A DNA stretch of 63,941 nt, filler included, from Aduncisulcus paluster (taxonomy: Eukaryota), in assembly GCA_024181965.1 (NCBI GenBank). It is 14 parts of 14 records of this genome, joined end to end, with 100 filler letters (N's around TTAATTAATTAA, not from the genome) between each part and the next. Parts side by side here need not be neighbours in the genome. Positions count along the whole stretch, not along the records: positions 55,698 to 62,470 come from BQXS01011961.1; positions 62,571 to 63,941 come from BQXS01011980.1; 12 more parts are not named here. One strand, given 5' to 3'. The notes under the pieces were generated by a model, which had not been told where the DNA came from, made no database searches, and saw only the letters and a list, made by a program, of their open reading frames with translations. The position numbers and the translations under genes were made by a program. Positions 59,150 through 63,941 of this stretch are shown piece after piece (positions within the stretch are counted from its first letter, which is position 1; every line of letters begins with the position of its first letter).

Positions 59150-60296
59150 TCCAATAATTTCTTAAATTCTGATGAACATATTGTTTTCCTCCATCACTTC
59201 TAAGGGATTTCGGGCAACCGCAAAGACAGAATATTCCACGCAATTCTCTTACAGCCTCCTCGCTTGTGGCTGTGGCTGTCGGTCTAACGACTGTAAAACG
59301 TGAGAAGTCGTCTATTAAGATTAAGACTCGTCTGGTTCAACAGCCAAAATGATTTTCTGTTTTAATACACCATTAACCTTTTCCCACACGATCTGCTGGT
59401 CCGTTTCCCAGGAGATTTTTGATTCTCTTTGCCTTAATCTGGATATCGGCTCAGTTATCCTCGAATAATCTGGGATGAACTCCTTAACGAAATTAATCGC
59501 CCCCAATAGCTTCTGAACCTCTCTTCTTATTTCTGGGAGTGGGAATTTTTGCCATGTCTTCCAGCCTCCTCTGGGTCACTCTTCTTCTATAGCTATTAAT
59601 TGTAAACCCGAGATATGTTACTTCTTCAACTCCAAAACTGCACTTTTTATAATTTAACAATAAATTGTGTTTAACTAACCTCAGTATCACTTCTTTTAAG
59701 TTCAGTAGGAACTCTTCTTGGTCCTTTCCAAATACTACTAGTATTAGTAATAAATCATATTGGTAAATTAAAACTTTGGAGCCAACAATGTCATGGAAGA
59801 TTGAATTGATACATCTTTGGAAATGACTGGGTGCAGTTTTTAACCCAAAGGGCATTCGAGTCCATTCAAAAGACCTTTATGCGAAATAAAAGCAGTGTAA
59901 GGTATGGAATCTTCTTCCACCCTAATATTGTAGTATCCATTCTTTATATCCAAAGTAGCAAAGATGGACATATCATTTAAAGCCCTGAATAAACTAGATT
60001 GAAGTGGAATCGGGTACATATCGTCTCTCATTTGTTTGTTTAATCCTGTGTAGTCGATACATATCCTGATCGACTTATCAGGTTTTTCAACGACGACTAT
60101 TGGCGCAGCAAAAGTGCTTTTTGACGCTCTTATGTAACCCTTTTCGAGCAAATCTTCTAATTGTTGCGTTAATTCTTACTCCAACCCAAACGGTGGAGGC
60201 CTTAATTTCCTTTGAATGGGGGTTTTCTGATTTGAGTTCTATTTTATATTCCGGTACATTGGCGGCACTGTCTCTGTCAATAATACTATTATTCAT
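59150..60296 (-). mobile_element. Decayed Ty3/gypsy pol: RT directly followed by integrase core
   Basis: KGYIRASKSTFAAPIVVV, RICIDY, LDIKNGYY, MPFGL, IYQYDLL (degenerate YxDD), KC.F and YLGF, then LIDDFSRF...LRSDGGKQY at ~59180-59320. Several frameshifts. Confidence 0.88.
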
Positions 60297-60574
60297 AGTA
60301 TGAAAATGGTCAAAATGAGAAATCGAAAAAATAGAAAAACTATTTATAGATATATGAATATCGGCTGGCCGTAAATCTGATTTTGGGGAGGGAAAATTGC
60401 CCGACTAGCCGGCGATTCTAATCTCGAAATTGGCCGATGACGAGACTTGAACCAGGGCTTTACGTATAATAGAACACCCATCTACCACTATACTATGGAG
60501 CTCAACAAAATATTGTTTTGAAATAAAATGTATAGAAAAAAAATATCTATAAATAGCTTCTATTTTTAATGAAA

Positions 60575-60693
60575 AATTTTGATCATGACCATTTTCTGAC
60601 CGTTGACCAAAACTTGACCAACTTTGATCAAAAAAGATTGACCATTTTTGAATATGACCAATTCTTGACCAAATTATGGTCACAGTTGTTGAC
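60575..60693 (+). repeat. TGACCA-motif cluster (related cluster at 61691-61740)
   Basis: About eight TGACC/TGATC/TGGTC motifs. CATGACCATTTTCTGACC is shared with the cluster near 61720. Confidence 0.7.
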
Positions 60694-60694
60694 A

Positions 60695-60925
60695 AACCAG
60701 CTGAGCGGAAAGGAAGTTTTGATCAACCTCTTTTCAAAAAAGTTCAACAAGACCGAGTCCCGATGGTCCACAATTGAACAGGAAGCATTCGGCGTTTATT
60801 ATGGAATAATGACAAATAGTTTCTACCTATTGGGAAAAAAGTTCTACGTGGAGACAAACCACAAAAATTTACGCTACATTTATAAGAGCGAGGTACCGAA
60901 ATTAGTGCGCTGGCGGATGGCAAAA
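60695..60925 (+). mobile_element. Ty3/gypsy RNase H fragment
   Basis: FSKKFNKTESRWSTIEQEAFGVYYGI...FYVETNHKNL...KLVRW. Confidence 0.85.
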
Positions 60926-61749
60926 TTCGTTCTAAGAATAGCTTCCCGGAGATAATTGTACATTTTGTCAGACATCCAGGTGAACTTTTACAATTGTGGG
61001 TGCTGTGTTACTCTGAGATATCTTTAAACCCAATTCTTCTCGTGAAGTACCATATGCTTTGCTAATATCGCCATCGTTTCTCTGGCTCTTCCCCCTGAAG
61101 TGGGTAGGGTGTGATAGTTGAAACATCTTATTATTTTCTTTGACTCTATTTTTATTTTTACTTTTCTTAAATTATGTTTATTATTGTTGTTTTACTTTTC
61201 TTAAATTATGTTTATTATTGTTGTTTTACTTTTCTTTTATTTGTGTTTTACTGGGTGATGATGCCTTCATCGTTTTGTTACTATTTTTAGTNNNNNNNNN
61301 NNNNNNNNNNNATCTTATTATTTTCTTTGACTCTATTTTTATTTTTACTTTTCTTAAATTATGTTTATTATTGTTGTTTTACTTTTCTTAAATTATGTTT
61401 ATTATTGTTGTTTTACTTTTCTTTTATTTGTGTTTTACTGGGTGATGATGCCTTCATCGTTTTGTTACTATTTTTAGTTTGTTGTTCGTTCACAAAGAGT
61501 AAAGTTTGTCTACTGCAGATCATCCGTTTATTTATATTATCACAATCCCTGACTTGTTCTTTTCCCGCGTGGTTTCTCCAAGTGAGGTTCAGGTTCTGGT
61601 GGGAAGTGTTGATGAGAAGGTTATCTATTTTTAGAACCATCACCTCTCTCTCTTTTATTTCAATGAATGTATCACCTTTTTAGCTAAGAAGTCAACAACA
61701 GTTTTTGGTCATAAATTGGTCATGACCATTTTCTGACCATACCTCGCCA

Positions 61750-61985
61750 CCATGTAGACAAGTTGAAGAATGGCTGAAGGCTGGGAAGATCAGAAGATCA
61801 ACTTCGGAGTTCTCGAATGCGGTTACAGTGGCTCCGAAACCAGACTCAGATGGAAGGGTCTGTGTGGATGCTCGGGTATTTAATCAAAATATTGTGGGTA
61901 ATGAGAACCCTATCCCAAGACTGGATGATCTTTTTGCATCGAAATATTTTGTTGGGAAGAAGATTTTTGGGAAGCTGGATGGAAA
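61750..61985 (+). mobile_element. Ty3/gypsy RT N-terminal fragment
   Basis: VEEWLKAGKIRRSTSEFS, then across a frameshift AVTVAPKPDSDGRVCVDARVFNQ...PIPRLDDL...FGKLD. Confidence 0.8.
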
Positions 61986-62272
61986 ATCTAATTGTAGAGT
62001 GTCCCACTGTTAATTCAGAAAAAATGAAATCTTCTGGGCTAGCAAATTTATTGATTAAATTCGATTCAACAGTGTATTGGTTGAGAATAAAATTACATTT
62101 TGTTTAAGATTTATTGACTTATTTTATTCTCAATTATTTATTTATTTTTATTTTTGTTGCTTTTAACTTTGTTTCTTCTCATCTAAAAATAGATGAACAA
62201 GCTTGAAATGTTCTAGTAAATTTTGCACAGTCATTTTCGTTGTACTGACACATTTTGATCAAAATCAACCGT

Positions 62273-62470
62273 ATGATTGAAAATAAGTCTCCGTTTTTAT
62301 TTCTTTATGGCTCTAAAGAGTTTGGGAAGTTTTATAAAGACTTCGACCAGTATCGCGCCCGAGGCGGGAAAAGCTCATTGTTCTCTCTTATTGACATGGA
62401 TATCTTGCCGATCTATGCCGACGTTGTCGGAACCGTCCTTAAACACCCAGACTTGCTCTCATCTCCCGAC
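62273..62470 (+). CDS. Probable retrotransposon gag N-terminus (3' truncated)
   Basis: MIENKSPFL...FGKFYKDFDQYRARGGKSSL is similar to the ORF at 55377 and lies in a TE-dense contig. Confidence 0.5.
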
Positions 62471-62593
62471 NNNNNNNNNNNNNNNNNNNNNNNNNNNNNN
62501 NNNNNNNNNNNNNNTTAATTAATTAANNNNNNNNNNNNNNNNNNNNNNNNNNNNNNNNNNNNNNNNNNNNAACCTGCAACCAAGGAGTAAAAC

Positions 62594-63328
62594 ATGCCTA
62601 AAGCATTATTTGTAGATACCTCCAGATGTACGGCTTGCCGCGGTTGCCAGGTTGCCTGTAAGGAATGGCACGGTCTGCCCGCAGTAGAAACCAAGCAGCG
62701 CGGTTCACATCAGAACCCGCCGGACTTGAATCCCTTTAACTATAAACTGGTTCGTTTTAGCGAGCACCGCATCAACGGTAAGGTCGAGTGGTATTTCTTC
62801 CCCGATCAGTGCCGCCATTGCGATGTGCCTCCCTGTAAGGATATCGGTGATATGTATGTGAATGGCGCGGTTGTGAAGGATGAAAATACCGGCGCAGTCA
62901 TTTTCACCGATCAGACTAAACGGCTCAGTGCTGAAGAATGTCAGGAAATAACCGAAGCGTGCCCCTACAACATTCCGCGTCGTAATACCGGTACCGGTCT
63001 GTTGGCTAAATGTGACATGTGTATTGATCGCCAGCAGGCCGGACTCGTGCCTATGTGCGTCAAGACCTGTCCCACCGGCACCATGAACTTCGGTGAACAC
63101 GATGAAATGGTCGCTCTGGCTGAAAAAGCCCTTGAGCGGGTCAAGAAAGACTATCCTAACGCCGAAATAATCGATGCTGACGAAGTCAACGTCATCTATC
63201 TGGTGCAGGATAAACCTGAACTCTATTATGAGTACGTTACCGCAGACGCTTCCGGCGTCGGCAAAGGCGTAACCCGCAAAGAGTTCCTCGCTAATCTCGC
63301 CAAGCCTGCAAAACGCATGTTTGGATAA
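62594..63328 (+). CDS. fdhB: Bacterial formate dehydrogenase iron-sulfur (beta) subunit, Desulfovibrio-like
   Basis: Shine-Dalgarno AAGGAG at 62582; CTACRGCQVACK, QCRHCDVPPC, CPYNIPR and KCDMC...P.CVKTCPTG; higher GC than the other contigs. Confidence 0.9.
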   Translation: MPKALFVDTSRCTACRGCQVACKEWHGLPAVETKQRGSHQNPPDLNPFNYKLVRFSEHRINGKVEWYFFPDQCRHCDVPPCKDIGDMYVNGAVVKDENTGAVIFTDQTKRLSAEECQEITEACPYNIPRRNTGTGLLAKCDMCIDRQQAGLVPMCVKTCPTGTMNFGEHDEMVALAEKALERVKKDYPNAEIIDADEVNVIYLVQDKPELYYEYVTADASGVGKGVTRKEFLANLAKPAKRMFG

Positions 63329-63334
63329 TTAGTT

Positions 63335-63554
63335 GCCTCCGGCGGCTGGGGAAGGGAAACTTTTGGGAAAAGTTTCCCTTCCCCAGACCCCATCCCTTCA
63401 AAACTTTTTAGTAGGGCTTCGCCGTTGGGGATGATGAAATGGGGTTGAATTAAAATAAAACAAATTTCTACAGTCTTTCGTTACCGGATGCGAAGCTTAG
63501 TAAAAAAGTTTGGGATTCTTAAACCCTTTTTAAAGGGTTTAAGCCGCCGGAGGC
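63335..63554. repeat. Bacterial intergenic palindromic (REP/MITE-like) element
   Basis: 13-bp terminal inverted repeat GCCTCCGGCGGCT / AGCCGCCGGAGGC; 19-bp hairpin at 63346-63386; 12-bp hairpin at 63518-63543. Confidence 0.85.
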
Positions 63555-63608
63555 GAAATATTTTGATAAATAGCGCGTAGCGCATCAAATAGTTCAGGAG
63601 CATAAGTA

Positions 63609-63941
63609 GTGAGTAATAAGAAAAAACATGATGTTCAGGCGGGATTGTTGGCATTGCGCAAGAAGATGCCTGCTCTTGAGAATATTTTTGATGCTTTCGG
63701 GCCGTTGGTTATAGCTTTGGAAGAAGCTGATGATTTGCTTGCCGACTGGAATGACTATGAAATCCCGGAAGCTTATGCTCCTCGTTTTGAGCAGGGCGTT
63801 GCACTGTTGTCTGACATGGAACTGCCGGACCTTGGCGAAAAGTATCGCGAAGTGTTCATGTTAGTTGCGGGGGCCATTGCAGAGGGGCTGCCAGCCATTT
63901 CGAAAGAGGTTGATGAGATTGTAGTTGCAGTCGGTGGGGCC
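63609..63941 (+). CDS. fdhE: Probable formate dehydrogenase accessory protein FdhE N-terminus (3' truncated; not in the ORF track)
   Basis: SD CAGGAG at 63595 and GTG start; MSNKKKHDVQAGLLALRKKMPALENIFDAFGPL...RFEQGVALL is open to the window end. The assignment rests mainly on operon position, because the diagnostic C-terminal CxxC motifs are not visible. Confidence 0.6.
   Translation, partial: MSNKKKHDVQAGLLALRKKMPALENIFDAFGPLVIALEEADDLLADWNDYEIPEAYAPRFEQGVALLSDMELPDLGEKYREVFMLVAGAIAEGLPAISKEVDEIVVAVGGA

Noticed and set aside
19412..61450. Tandem duplications flanking 20-N gaps (~19438, 31528, 34065, 35915, 36682, 41449, 45099, 61292)
   Set aside because: Each sits at a scaffold gap and differs only by occasional SNPs or homopolymer length, consistent with unmerged contig or haplotype overlaps.
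1642..62570. Recurring TTAATTAATTAA in N runs and ORFs ending in XXXLIN
   Set aside because: Artificial contig linkers. Cross-linker neighbourhoods such as gag next to pol, or fdhB next to TEs, are not biological evidence.

Overview
This window is not one locus. It is 14 contigs joined by artificial N-TTAATTAATTAA-N linkers, so adjacency across a linker means nothing. Contigs 1-13 look like an AT-rich, gene-dense, intron-poor anaerobic protist using the standard code. Gene content suggests a free-living fornicate/metamonad; this is inference and was not verified. They encode fragments of giant LRR/EGF Cys-rich surface proteins and a head-to-head pyruvate:ferredoxin oxidoreductase (PFO) / [FeFe]-hydrogenase pair. 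They also encode an Old Yellow Enzyme, a two-domain LCAT-like lipase, a divergent gamma-COP, a Snf7-family ESCRT-III subunit, a membrane-anchored EHD/dynamin-like protein, an MFS transporter, a cyclin, a kinase fragment and a PSI-repeat membrane protein. Mobile DNA is abundant: chromodomain Ty3/gypsy elements, a restriction-like-endonuclease non-LTR element, and hAT and Harbinger/ISL2EU-like remnants. Contig 14 is bacterial, with Desulfovibrio-like formate dehydrogenase beta subunit, fdhE and a palindromic intergenic repeat. The best-supported new reading is that the hydrogenase has an unannotated first exon and an 86-nt GT-AG intron. Splicing restores a [4Fe-4S] motif and reveals a hydrogenosome-type presequence. 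Many near-exact local duplications are probably assembly artefacts. I cannot establish a wholly new system from sequence alone. The strongest candidates are the PFO/hydrogenase bidirectional unit, the degenerate membrane-anchored EHD-like protein beside Snf7, and an anticodon-less tRNA-like element upstream of a putative gag.
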